A DNA stretch of 55,588 nucleotides, taken from the NCBI GenBank assembly GCA_028691765.1, contig JAQUYS010000001.1:1-55588 (forward strand). The letters run 5' to 3'. The notes under the pieces were generated by a model. The model did no database searches. It worked only from the letters and a program-made list of their open reading frames with translations, and was not told where the DNA came from. Numbering within the stretch: position 1 is the stretch's first letter; every line of letters begins with the position of its first letter. The position numbers and the translations under genes are program-made. Positions 45,524 to 55,200 of the stretch are shown one piece after another. Origin of the DNA: Candidatus Nanoarchaeia archaeon. Its GTDB lineage: Archaea; Nanobdellota; Nanobdellia; Woesearchaeales; SKGA01.

Positions 45524-45608
45524 TAATTACACCTCATTAAATATTAAATATGTTAGTATACATTAACCACAACTAGTATTTAAATGTTTCCCCAAAAATC
45601 AAATTCAT

Positions 45609-46343
45609 TTATAAAGAAGTTTTCATGCTTTCTAGGCTTTCTTTTAGCCTCAGAAGAAGCTTAGGAGTTATTTTGGATGTAGAGGTTTCCAAGCTTTTTT
45701 GATTTAAGTTTAAATAAGACATTATTTCTCGGGCTTGATTTTTTGTTTTTCCTTTAAAAGAATTGATTAAAGCGTTCTTTATTTTGCCTTTGTGTTTGAA
45801 AACTGAAACTAAAATGTCTTCAATTATGGAAAGTTTTCTTTTCTTGAATGAAATTAACCAAGAATCGACTCGAGGGGGTGGAGAAAATGATTTTTTTAAA
45901 ACTTTTTGTTCAAACTTAATCTTATAACATATATTTGATATTAAACTTATTGTTGATTTGTTCTCTTCTAAATTTTCTTTAAAGTTTTCACCAACTATTA
46001 AAATTAATTCTTCAATATCCTCAATTATTGCTTTTTTCATTATTTGATCAGATAAATGATAAGGTATGTTTGAAACTATTTTGTAACCTTTCCAAGAATG
46101 TTTTAAGGCATCATCAAATACTATTTTAGCATTATTTATTTGATTTAAAGAAGAATATCTTTTGTCTATTTCAAAAGCTAAAACTTCACATTGTTTAACT
46201 AATTCTTTTGTTAAAACTCCTTCTCCTGCACCTATTTCAATAACTTTGTCAGTTTTAGAAAGATTTGCGATGTGAATTTCTTTTTTTAAAACTTCTTCAT
46301 CTATTAAGAAATGTTGTCCTTTGTCAAGATTTTTCTTTTCCAT
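45609..46343 (-). CDS. ksgA: 16S rRNA (adenine1518/1519-N6)-dimethyltransferase KsgA/Dim1
   Basis: GQHFLIDEEVL, SAM motif VIEIGAGEGVLTKEL, EIDKRY, and IVSNIPYHLS (the NxPY catalytic motif, NIPY). Confidence 0.88.
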   Translation of the reverse strand: MEKKNLDKGQHFLIDEEVLKKEIHIANLSKTDKVIEIGAGEGVLTKELVKQCEVLAFEIDKRYSSLNQINNAKIVFDDALKHSWKGYKIVSNIPYHLSDQIMKKAIIEDIEELILIVGENFKENLEENKSTISLISNICYKIKFEQKVLKKSFSPPPRVDSWLISFKKRKLSIIEDILVSVFKHKGKIKNALINSFKGKTKNQAREIMSYLNLNQKSLETSTSKITPKLLLRLKESLESMKTSL

Positions 46344-46832
46344 TTAACTCACACAAATTCCTAATTCAACCATAGCAGTACCAGGATATAAAGATATTGG
46401 TTGTCTTCCAGGAGGATATTTTCCTTTGATTTGTCCGCCAGGCATGCAATCTTCTGTAGCGTTAGTATAATTCGTAAAAGAATTATATTCAATAACTAAA
46501 CCGTATGGAACTTGCCAAAGTATTAAAGTGTCTTCTAAAATTTGTTCTGCAACTTCTTCTACTTGCTCGCAGGATGTTTTTGAATCACAACGAATTTGTT
46601 TTGACTTAGCACAATCTACAATTAATTCTTGTATGTTAGTACCACAAGTAGATGTGTCTAGAAAGACTTCTATAAAACTCATAGATAATTCACTGTTAGC
46701 ATATGTTTTAAATTGATCAATACCTGGATTAAGGTCATCTTTAACTGAATTAGAAACGTAAAAAAGCATAGCAATAGTTACAATTAAAACAATGAATATT
46801 AAACCCATAATTTCTATTTGTGCTTTTTTCAT
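46344..46832 (-). CDS. Class III signal peptide (MKKAQ-type) pilin-like protein
   Basis: MKKA then QIEIMGLIFIVLIVTIAMLF. Its stop codon abuts the ksgA ATG (TAAATG). Confidence 0.62.
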   Translation of the reverse strand: MKKAQIEIMGLIFIVLIVTIAMLFYVSNSVKDDLNPGIDQFKTYANSELSMSFIEVFLDTSTCGTNIQELIVDCAKSKQIRCDSKTSCEQVEEVAEQILEDTLILWQVPYGLVIEYNSFTNYTNATEDCMPGGQIKGKYPPGRQPISLYPGTAMVELGICVS

Positions 46833-47335
46833 TTTCTCACATACCTCGTTACATAAAGTACGCCAAAAGCATATTGATTTGTTACAGGATCATATATTGA
46901 AGTTGGAATCTTAACAGGAGTTCCAAAACTCATAACTACATCATTTACATCAAAGTCATTAAGATATATTTCAATAGGTTCAGCTTCAGTTTCAGGATAA
47001 ATTTGTTCTATTATAATTTCTACGTTACCTAGTTTGTCAAAATAATATTCTCTAGAAAGTTCAGGATATTCATCAATTAATTTTTGAAAGGCTTGAATTT
47101 TGGATTTGTCAAACGATGATTGTTGTTTAACGCTACCTGGAGAATAAATTAATTCAGGAAGGTTTGCAACTACTTGTGCTAGGGCAGCAGCATCCAAGTT
47201 TCCCAAAGTATCTACTTTTTCTTCTATGGTCGCTTTCTCACCTCTGAACGCAAAAATCAATCCCATCATTATTAATAAAATTATTATGATTAATGCAAAG
47301 ATTGTTTCTCCCATTTCAAGTTGTGCTTTTTTCAT
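46829..47335 (-). CDS. Class III signal peptide (MKKAQ-type) pilin-like protein
   Basis: The start at ATG 47335, 2 nt after the upstream stop, gives MKKA then QLEMGETIFALIIIILLIMMGLIF. The track start at 47356 overlaps the upstream gene. Confidence 0.6.
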   Translation of the reverse strand: MKKAQLEMGETIFALIIIILLIMMGLIFAFRGEKATIEEKVDTLGNLDAAALAQVVANLPELIYSPGSVKQQSSFDKSKIQAFQKLIDEYPELSREYYFDKLGNVEIIIEQIYPETEAEPIEIYLNDFDVNDVVMSFGTPVKIPTSIYDPVTNQYAFGVLYVTRYVRK

Positions 47336-47337
47336 TT

Positions 47338-48423
47338 TTAATATAGTTCTATGCAATTCTTTTCTAAAGCTAATGCCTGGTTTCGTTTTTGGATTTGATT
47401 TAATACCGATGATATTTCGTTAATTTTATTAAACGGATTGTCTAGATGGGGAGTTTCTCCTTCGAACAATTGTGGTAACCAATCATGTGGTCCTTCTAAA
47501 ACAATTAATCCTAAATAGTTTTTACAGGATGTGCTTAATGAATTTGCATCATTCAATAAATTAATTTTCTCATATTGAAGTATTGAAGTTATTTTTAATT
47601 TGTCAAAAGCTTTATTCATCATACATTCATAAAAATCTTTGTCGTCAGAAAATAAAGCGGCGTAAAGACTTGCAGAACCTAAATATTGTGTATTGGTGCA
47701 TTTTCCATCTGGATAATCACTTGCAGTTTCACAATAATAAACTGTTCCGCTTTTGAAAATGTTTGAGTTATCGTTTGGTTTGATAAAAATATGTTTTGAA
47801 TTTTCTCCAGCCACAACATAATCGCCCTCACCACAATCTTCTCCTTCGCATAATTTTATAAATGTTGAAAATTTATAATTCGCTCTTGTGTTGATTTGGT
47901 TTAATTGAACTGCATCTCCTAAATGAACACTTAAATTTTTTGGAAACTGTGAATACAATAACTCAAAATTATATGAAGACTCATTGTAAAAGAAATAACC
48001 TTGATTTTTGTTAGTAACGTAAAGAAATGTTGTAATAGATAATCCTTGTTCATCAGGAAGTTCCCATTCTTTAGTCCAAGTATATATGTTGTTTCCAATT
48101 AATTCTTTGGGTGCGAAGATTACATCATATTTTATGTCTGCTGCTTTAATACCATTTAATTTGTAATTAAATAAATTCTGAGTTGAATCACATTGAAACT
48201 CTAAATTAAAACCAGAAGGTAAAACATATTCTTTTACGGTTCCTGATTTTTGTGCTGTGGAATCTAAAATAGAACTTAAAGTTCTAGCTAAACTCATTGA
48301 AATGGAAGTATCTGACTTTTGAGATTGTGAAGATATCATCATGAAGAAAAATCCCAATAAAACTGCACCCACAATTAATACAAACACCCAATTAAATTGT
48401 ATTTCTACTTGTGCTTTTTTCAT
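47338..48423 (-). CDS. Class III signal peptide (MKKAQ-type) pilin-like protein, 361 aa
   Basis: MKKA then QVEIQFNWVFVLIVGAVLLGFFFMMI. Confidence 0.62.
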   Translation of the reverse strand: MKKAQVEIQFNWVFVLIVGAVLLGFFFMMISSQSQKSDTSISMSLARTLSSILDSTAQKSGTVKEYVLPSGFNLEFQCDSTQNLFNYKLNGIKAADIKYDVIFAPKELIGNNIYTWTKEWELPDEQGLSITTFLYVTNKNQGYFFYNESSYNFELLYSQFPKNLSVHLGDAVQLNQINTRANYKFSTFIKLCEGEDCGEGDYVVAGENSKHIFIKPNDNSNIFKSGTVYYCETASDYPDGKCTNTQYLGSASLYAALFSDDKDFYECMMNKAFDKLKITSILQYEKINLLNDANSLSTSCKNYLGLIVLEGPHDWLPQLFEGETPHLDNPFNKINEISSVLNQIQKRNQALALEKNCIELY

Positions 48424-48443
48424 TTTAGACCTTGTTTAAAGCG

Positions 48444-48953
48444 TTAATTTGTTGATGGATGTGCGGTATCTGATTCCTCTTCTTCTTTAACTTGTATTTT
48501 TACAGTTCTTCCTTGTCCTTCAGTTATGAATGTAAATCTGCTTGCTTTTCTTTCAATACAAAAATAATCTGAATCCATAACTATTTCTTCCATGTAACCA
48601 ACCAATTTAACTTCTTTCCCATCATAAATAAATATGTTGTTAGTTCCAATTGAATTTTCCATAACGGTGTTTAGATCATCGTAGGGAGTTTTTGAGTCTA
48701 GTGAATCTACTTGTGATGAAACAAAACAAAGATAAGTATAATCGCATGGTGCAAAGGGATTGTGTTTTAACAAAGAACCATAATCTTTTGAATCTGAAAT
48801 TGTTTTTTTCAACTCTGAAGCAAACGCAGCATAATCTGCAGTACATTTGTTGTCAAGCAAATTACCTATCCCTTTTGTTGCAAATAACACTATTGTTGCC
48901 ATTATAATAAGGGCGAATATTATTGTAAAAACTTGGCTTGTTTGTGCTTTCAT
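48444..48953 (-). CDS. Class III signal peptide (MKAQ-type) pilin-like protein
   Basis: MKA then QTSQVFTIIFALIIMATIVLF. The GAGGT SD overlaps the upstream stop. Confidence 0.6.
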   Translation of the reverse strand: MKAQTSQVFTIIFALIIMATIVLFATKGIGNLLDNKCTADYAAFASELKKTISDSKDYGSLLKHNPFAPCDYTYLCFVSSQVDSLDSKTPYDDLNTVMENSIGTNNIFIYDGKEVKLVGYMEEIVMDSDYFCIERKASRFTFITEGQGRTVKIQVKEEEESDTAHPSTN

Positions 48954-48962
48954 ATTTTAACC

Positions 48963-51900
48963 TCAAAGATGATGTATTTGTTCTTCTTTAATCAATCCTT
49001 TCTGTAATAATTTATAAATTATGTCATTTTTAGTCAAAGGATCTAATTTTCCATCATCTTGAAGCATTTTGAAAAGTGTTTTTAGGTTAGAAACTTCTAA
49101 ATTAATTGTTTTATTTTTATTAGGATTATTCTTTACAGCGTTATTGTATACTTCTTCAACAAATGAATCTACATCTAATTTTTTAAGTGATGGATTTTTG
49201 GAATTAATTAAAGTTTTTCCTTTTAATCTTTCTTGTAATGATTTTAAATCAAGAGATTGATTTAATTGAGCTAGTTTTGAAAAGGTATCATTTTTAGGAG
49301 TGGATTGTGGTTTTTCTTCTAAATGAGGAACTTTAATTGCTTTTTTAGGAATTGGTTTTTTAGTGCTTGAGGAAGATAGATTTCTTAAATGAGTGAATGG
49401 GTCGTCATCAACACCAGAATACTCAGATAAGTCAAGATATTCTTCATCCATTCCTTCATCTAGTTTTCCATGATTTTTTAATCTAGCTTTACGAGCTAAA
49501 TCATCCGCATCTAATGAAATATCTTGATCGCCTAATTCATCTGTTTTAGAAGAAATCTCTGTTTCTGGAACTTCATCCTCAACATTGAAAGCATCCAATA
49601 AACCTTTTCTTGATTTTAATCTATCTTCAACAATTTTTCCTCGTTTCTTTTCTCCTTCTTCTTTACGTTTTTTTAATTCAGCTAATTTCTTTCTTCTTTC
49701 TTCTGCCGACATTAAACTTAATTGTTGCTGTCTTTCTTGTTCAGCTTGTTGTTGCATTCTTTGGTTTTGAATTTCTTCTTCGGCTTTATTGTTTCTCCAG
49801 TAATAAATGAAATAAGATCCGCCACCAATTGAAATTAAACCTAATATGATTAAAATTATAGCTAAAATGGATGAACTTCCATAGTCTTCATAAACGGGTT
49901 CTTCTTCAGACTCGAATTCAGATTTTAAAACGCATTCACCGTAATAATTACATTCTTCATTAGTTGCACAATCTGCATCAGTGTCGCATGAAATAAAGTT
50001 TGATGAACATATGTCATCGACACATTTTAAAGAAGATTTACAATCTGAATCTCTAACACAATCTTCTCCTTCTGCTTTCTTTAAATCTTCAGGGTCAGTA
50101 CAAATACTTTGGTGACAAACTAAATCGCTAAAACAATCTGAGTTTACAGTACAGTTCTCTCCTTCAGCATTTGGTGTTTGACCACAAACACTTATGTAGG
50201 CACAACTTCCTCCACAATCAATTCCTTCTTCATCTGAATCTTTTATTTTGTTAAAACAATGTGGAACATAAGTTACTATTTTTGAAAGAGTGTTATAATT
50301 ATTATTTAGATCTGAAAATTTGAAACATAATGTTTTAGTTTGATTTACAATTATATTTTGAGTTGAATATGCCGCTGTGTTAGTTTCATAGTCTTCTGGT
50401 TTACATGAACCGAATGAACCAAAACCATATTTAAAATCAGTTGCACAACCAACATTATCTGTGCATGTTAATGTTGCTTTAATGCCTGTAGTTGCAAGAC
50501 TTAAATTTACTTTTCCTTGAGGTTTTTGAATATCACAACGAGTGTCTGTACTTTGCACTACAAGAATGTTAAAAACTTTTTCTGTTCCTTTGTTACCTGC
50601 ATAGTCTATGGGGAAAACTGTCCATTTGAATGTTGACCCGATAGGCGCTTTTAAACCTGATTTAGTTGCTGAATTCGAAGGTGATTGTTGTGCATAGATT
50701 ATGTTGTTGGTTGAATTTACGAGTGTGAAATTGTAATACTTTACGTCTGTACTATTACTTTCAACGGATAATGTTAGGGAAGATATTTCTTTATCTGTAC
50801 AAGCGAATAAGGATGATGTTGCTTCGACTGGAGATGGAAGAGTCTTATCGACAATATATTCAAAAGTATACAAAGATATTCCTGTGGTAGCACTAAATTC
50901 AGTTCCGATATAGTATGTTCCTTCTTCCGTTTTTGAAGTGGTTAAAGTGTGTTCAGTTTTATCTGTAGGTATGGAAGTTAAATTACAAAAATCATTTGAT
51001 TGATTTTTTAAACAATAACTCATTTCAGATAAAATATTTGAAGTGAATTCATGATTTTGAGTATTTGTATTAAAATATTTTGTTTTTTGAATTACTGAAA
51101 TTGTTTTGTTTAGTAATAATTCGAATGAAACATCTTTAGTGGTTACTATTCCTGGCAAATTTAAACAATTTAATTTTAAAGAATATGTCAAAGGATCTTG
51201 ATTGAAAAAATTTGTAACGCCATAATAATTTGGTTCAGACATAAAATTAAATAGAAAATTTAAATTCTTAACGTATGCTTCAGTAACGGATGTATCTTCA
51301 GTTATCCAATCTGATGTAGGGGTATAAGAAGGAAAACCATCTTGATTTGGATTTTGTACAAATGAGTAATTACAAATAACTGGATCTGAAGAAATTATAT
51401 TCAATGATGTAGAAATTTGTTTAGGATCAATTATTTTTAAAGGATCAATATTTACTTCTATTGAAGCAGGTGTTAAATCATACCCTATTGCAAATTCTTC
51501 TGCAAAAAAATAATCATTATCTCCTTCTGAAGCTTTACATCCAACAACATATTTTCTCATACCTAATTCATCAGAAGAATATATTTGTAATTCATTTTGT
51601 GATTGAGGAACTAAGTTGGTTGCAATGATCTTGTGTTTGTTATCGCTTTCTGTCAAAAATTGCGTTGTTAATTGATTATATGAATATAAATTATTTTGAT
51701 ATTCATTACCATTAGATAAATATCCGATTTTACATACGGCAGGTATTTCTGTTTGAAACGTTACATTATATGGAACATAATTTTGATACACTAATCTCGA
51801 AGCAAACGGATTTAAAGGTTCAACAACTTTTATCCATGGTTGAGTTGCATTAAGAACTGCATTTACTTTAATTAATTGAGTGTTTCCATCACCATCTTGA

Positions 51901-52259
51901 GCAGGAACTTCTAAAACATAATACCCATTAAATAAATGTATTTTATTGCCTTGTGAATCTACAGGGAAAAAAGTCATATTTGAACTAGTTATTGTTTGAT
52001 TTAAATTGTAAGATTTATATAATTCTCCGGCAAAGGAAGTTGTGGAATATAATAATGGGGAATTGATTAAAGTTACAGGTTGATCTGAAGAGTCAAACTT
52101 TAAAATAAATTCAGGTTTTGAAATAGTTAGATGATCTGGAAAGGTTAAGTTACGTTCATAATAATCATCAAACTCATTTGGCAAATAATAAGATACAGTT
52201 AGAGAAGAAACTAATAGAATAAAAATAAAACTTATAAATAAAATAAATACTTGTCTCAT
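48963..52259 (-). CDS. 1098-aa type I membrane surface protein: signal peptide, roughly 775-aa ectodomain ending in Cys-rich repeats, TM, 277-aa charged cytoplasmic tail
   Basis: Signal peptide MRQVFILFISFIFILLVSSLTVS. Three C-x(5-6)-DC-x(5)-C-x(4-5)-C repeats: EGENCTVNSDCFSDLVCHQSICT, EGEDCVRDSDCKSSLKCVDDICS, SCDTDADCATNEECNYYGECV. TM ILAIILIILGLISIGGGSYFIYYW. The tail has a Q/E/K-rich coiled coil and a terminal TINLEVSNLKTLFKMLQDDGKLDPLTKNDIIYKLLQKGLIKEEQI module. Confidence 0.7.
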   Translation of the reverse strand: MRQVFILFISFIFILLVSSLTVSYYLPNEFDDYYERNLTFPDHLTISKPEFILKFDSSDQPVTLINSPLLYSTTSFAGELYKSYNLNQTITSSNMTFFPVDSQGNKIHLFNGYYVLEVPAQDGDGNTQLIKVNAVLNATQPWIKVVEPLNPFASRLVYQNYVPYNVTFQTEIPAVCKIGYLSNGNEYQNNLYSYNQLTTQFLTESDNKHKIIATNLVPQSQNELQIYSSDELGMRKYVVGCKASEGDNDYFFAEEFAIGYDLTPASIEVNIDPLKIIDPKQISTSLNIISSDPVICNYSFVQNPNQDGFPSYTPTSDWITEDTSVTEAYVKNLNFLFNFMSEPNYYGVTNFFNQDPLTYSLKLNCLNLPGIVTTKDVSFELLLNKTISVIQKTKYFNTNTQNHEFTSNILSEMSYCLKNQSNDFCNLTSIPTDKTEHTLTTSKTEEGTYYIGTEFSATTGISLYTFEYIVDKTLPSPVEATSSLFACTDKEISSLTLSVESNSTDVKYYNFTLVNSTNNIIYAQQSPSNSATKSGLKAPIGSTFKWTVFPIDYAGNKGTEKVFNILVVQSTDTRCDIQKPQGKVNLSLATTGIKATLTCTDNVGCATDFKYGFGSFGSCKPEDYETNTAAYSTQNIIVNQTKTLCFKFSDLNNNYNTLSKIVTYVPHCFNKIKDSDEEGIDCGGSCAYISVCGQTPNAEGENCTVNSDCFSDLVCHQSICTDPEDLKKAEGEDCVRDSDCKSSLKCVDDICSSNFISCDTDADCATNEECNYYGECVLKSEFESEEEPVYEDYGSSSILAIILIILGLISIGGGSYFIYYWRNNKAEEEIQNQRMQQQAEQERQQQLSLMSAEERRKKLAELKKRKEEGEKKRGKIVEDRLKSRKGLLDAFNVEDEVPETEISSKTDELGDQDISLDADDLARKARLKNHGKLDEGMDEEYLDLSEYSGVDDDPFTHLRNLSSSSTKKPIPKKAIKVPHLEEKPQSTPKNDTFSKLAQLNQSLDLKSLQERLKGKTLINSKNPSLKKLDVDSFVEEVYNNAVKNNPNKNKTINLEVSNLKTLFKMLQDDGKLDPLTKNDIIYKLLQKGLIKEEQIHHL

Positions 52260-52278
52260 AGTTCCTCTTCTTTAATTT

Positions 52279-55200
52279 TTAAGGCCAATTTGGATATGGA
52301 ATAACTACATCCGTTTCTTCAACTGAACCTTTGATTATTAATTGTGGTCTTATAAAGCCCATATCTCTAACCCTCGGATCAACAATAGTCCAATGAATTG
52401 GTTTGTTTCCTCCATTATCCTCGGAGTAATACGCAATATTACAACCATCACAAAGACGATAGCCTTGTTTAAATGATGATGATAAAGCAATATCTGTTTG
52501 ATTGTTTTGGATTGAAGTAAATGTGTTTCCTTGACATATTGTTCTATTAGTAACAAAATAATCTAATGAAGAGTTATAACTTGCACCACTAACAATACAA
52601 TAATTAATTTTACTGCAACCAAACCATTTAGTTGAATAATCTTGTATGTCGCTACATCTTAATCTTAACGTTCTTTGATTTTTCCAAAGGAACGTAAATA
52701 ATTGATCAGTATATGGTAATTCTACGTTATTGATTACATCAAATATGTTTGTCATTGGAGGTTTTTGATCAATAGTTAATGAAATTGCATCCATGGTATC
52801 TTTTTCTGTTATTTCTCCCGAATCTGTGAAATTACATGATGTATAAATATAATATGTTTTATTTTCTGGGTGTATTTTTAATCGATCCATTGCTTCATCG
52901 AAATTTATTGTATGAACTATGTTGTCAGATGTTATAAATTCTCCTCGTGATTCACCATATGCTGGAATTTCACCAGTAGATAAATTCAATATGTCAAATC
53001 TACACTCTGCATCATATTGATTTTCAATAGATAATTCAACATCTAAAACATTAGATAAACCTGATTTGGGTTGAGCATTTCTAATACTTTGATCTCCTTC
53101 AATAGAAATCTCTATTTGAGCTTCAACTTTGTTTTTATACACGTCCTCGCAATGTATTGTATACAGATATAAATCGTCCTGTAAATTAATATACTCTCTG
53201 CTGAATGAAGTTTCCATTACTCCCGATATATCCCACATTTCTATTTCCGGGCTTACTCCTGAAATTGTTTGCGATCTAAGTTTTGCATAACAAATAGCAT
53301 TTTCGGACGTATTGAAAGAAACGGATAGATTAGAACGATATTCGTCATTGTTTGTTTTGAATGTTATTATACTTGGCTCAGCAACAGTTATATTTGGAGA
53401 AGTCATGTCTATGAAGATTGTTTGGTTTTTTACGACTTCCATATTTTTTGCAAAGTCTTGACTAAAATAACGTAAAACATATTCTCCGTCTGCAACAAAT
53501 TTAATTTCATCTAATTCCTCTGGGAAAAGATATTTTGGATATGTTGAAGTTATGGTTGTGTTGTTTGGATTTGGAACCGGAGGTAAACTGCTTCCTTTTT
53601 GAGAGGAATCATCTTCCAAATATTCAAATGAAACCATCGTTATCAATTCACGATTCGCATCGGAATTAACAACGTTATCTTCAACAACAAAAGGTAAATT
53701 TATTAATTCGTTTATGCCGTAAGTTAAATCCTCTCTCAAAGTTAAATTTGTAGTTGGAGGCATAAAATCAAGTAAACAAATATTAGTTAATTCTAATCCT
53801 GCATTTGATGTGGCAAAAGATACACAATCATCTTTGAATTTATTGGAGGCATTATCTAAAACATTTGTTTCAATTAAATCGTCTGAATCTTTAAAACAGT
53901 AAGTATTTTCAGATTCCCATTTACAAACACCTAATGAAAAAAAATCATTGGAAAGAGTGGGCAAATTATTTCCTAACCAATATGCCGGTGTACGAATTAA
54001 ATCTAATGAGTGATTCGTCCCATTTATACAATCCAATTCACTTGAATATAAATAACAAGATGTATCTCTTTTAGCAATACATGATGGAATTAGATTTGTT
54101 CTACTTGGAGGAACAATTGCACTTTCTAATGCTAGAGTGAATGGAGATGTAATGTGATTTTCTCCAACATAATAACATGTTCCATAAACATCTTGACACA
54201 TTGTTTCGTCACAAAAACCTAATGGAGAGTCAGTATCACAAAGAACGCAATTTTGTTGTTCTTCATTTTGAGGTCGGCAAACACCAATACCTAATTCTTC
54301 ATCATAGTAATTCCACTCGCATAGGTCACTTTCGTTTTGGAATTTATAACAAGGATCATTACTACAAGCGTATTCGCTTTCGTATGAATAACAAGAATCT
54401 ACATCCTCACAAGCTTGGAATTTTGGTGCGAGTGTAACTTGTTCATCTTTATAACAAATACCAATTAAATTATCTGCTGTTGGAGTGGTTAAACCTGAAA
54501 ATTGATTTTCTAAGCAATTGAAATCAATTTCTTCATTTGACAAAGTATATGCTTTCACGTTAAAATTATTATCTGAGAATAAACCGAATAAACCATTACA
54601 TTTTTCACAAGGTAATTTCTCTTTACACGTTGCACCTGTTGTGGTTTCAACACAAAACTCTCCAGGAGATGAACAAGCTTTAGTTTGATTATATATTAAA
54701 TTGGTGTATGTTTGTTGTGTTCCATAATATTGACAACCACCATATGAGTTTGTTGATGAATGACAGTTATCTCCCGCTTCATGAGGTAACAAACAATAAT
54801 CATTTACAGGGGTTTTTATACAGAATCCTGAAGAGTATTCTCCTTGCGAAAGATCACCAAAATTACAAAGTAAGTCATCTGAATCTTCATTTTTAACGCA
54901 AACATCAAAACAATAGGTTGTGTCGGGTTTTAATAAATTTTCAAAAACATAATTTTTTTGAGTTGTTCTACGAATAAATTTATTTTCTTCTAAACAGTCA
55001 TCGTCTGAATTTATTTCGCATGCAGATACTTCGTAATAATAAACTTTATCTTCACAGTCTTCAGCATAATGCCAATTTAATTGAACATTATTGGTTCCTT
55101 CTTGGAATTTTATTCCTGCAAAAAGTACATCTCCATAAATATTTGCAGATGAATTAATGTTGTTATATAAATTAAAAACATTTGTTAAAGGATTCATTAT

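Noticed and set aside
48963-52259. Calling the 1098-aa membrane protein the S-layer protein
   Set aside because: Only the topology (signal peptide plus C-terminal TM) would fit. There is no recognisable S-layer domain, and the 277-aa cytoplasmic tail is atypical. This cannot be supported from sequence alone.
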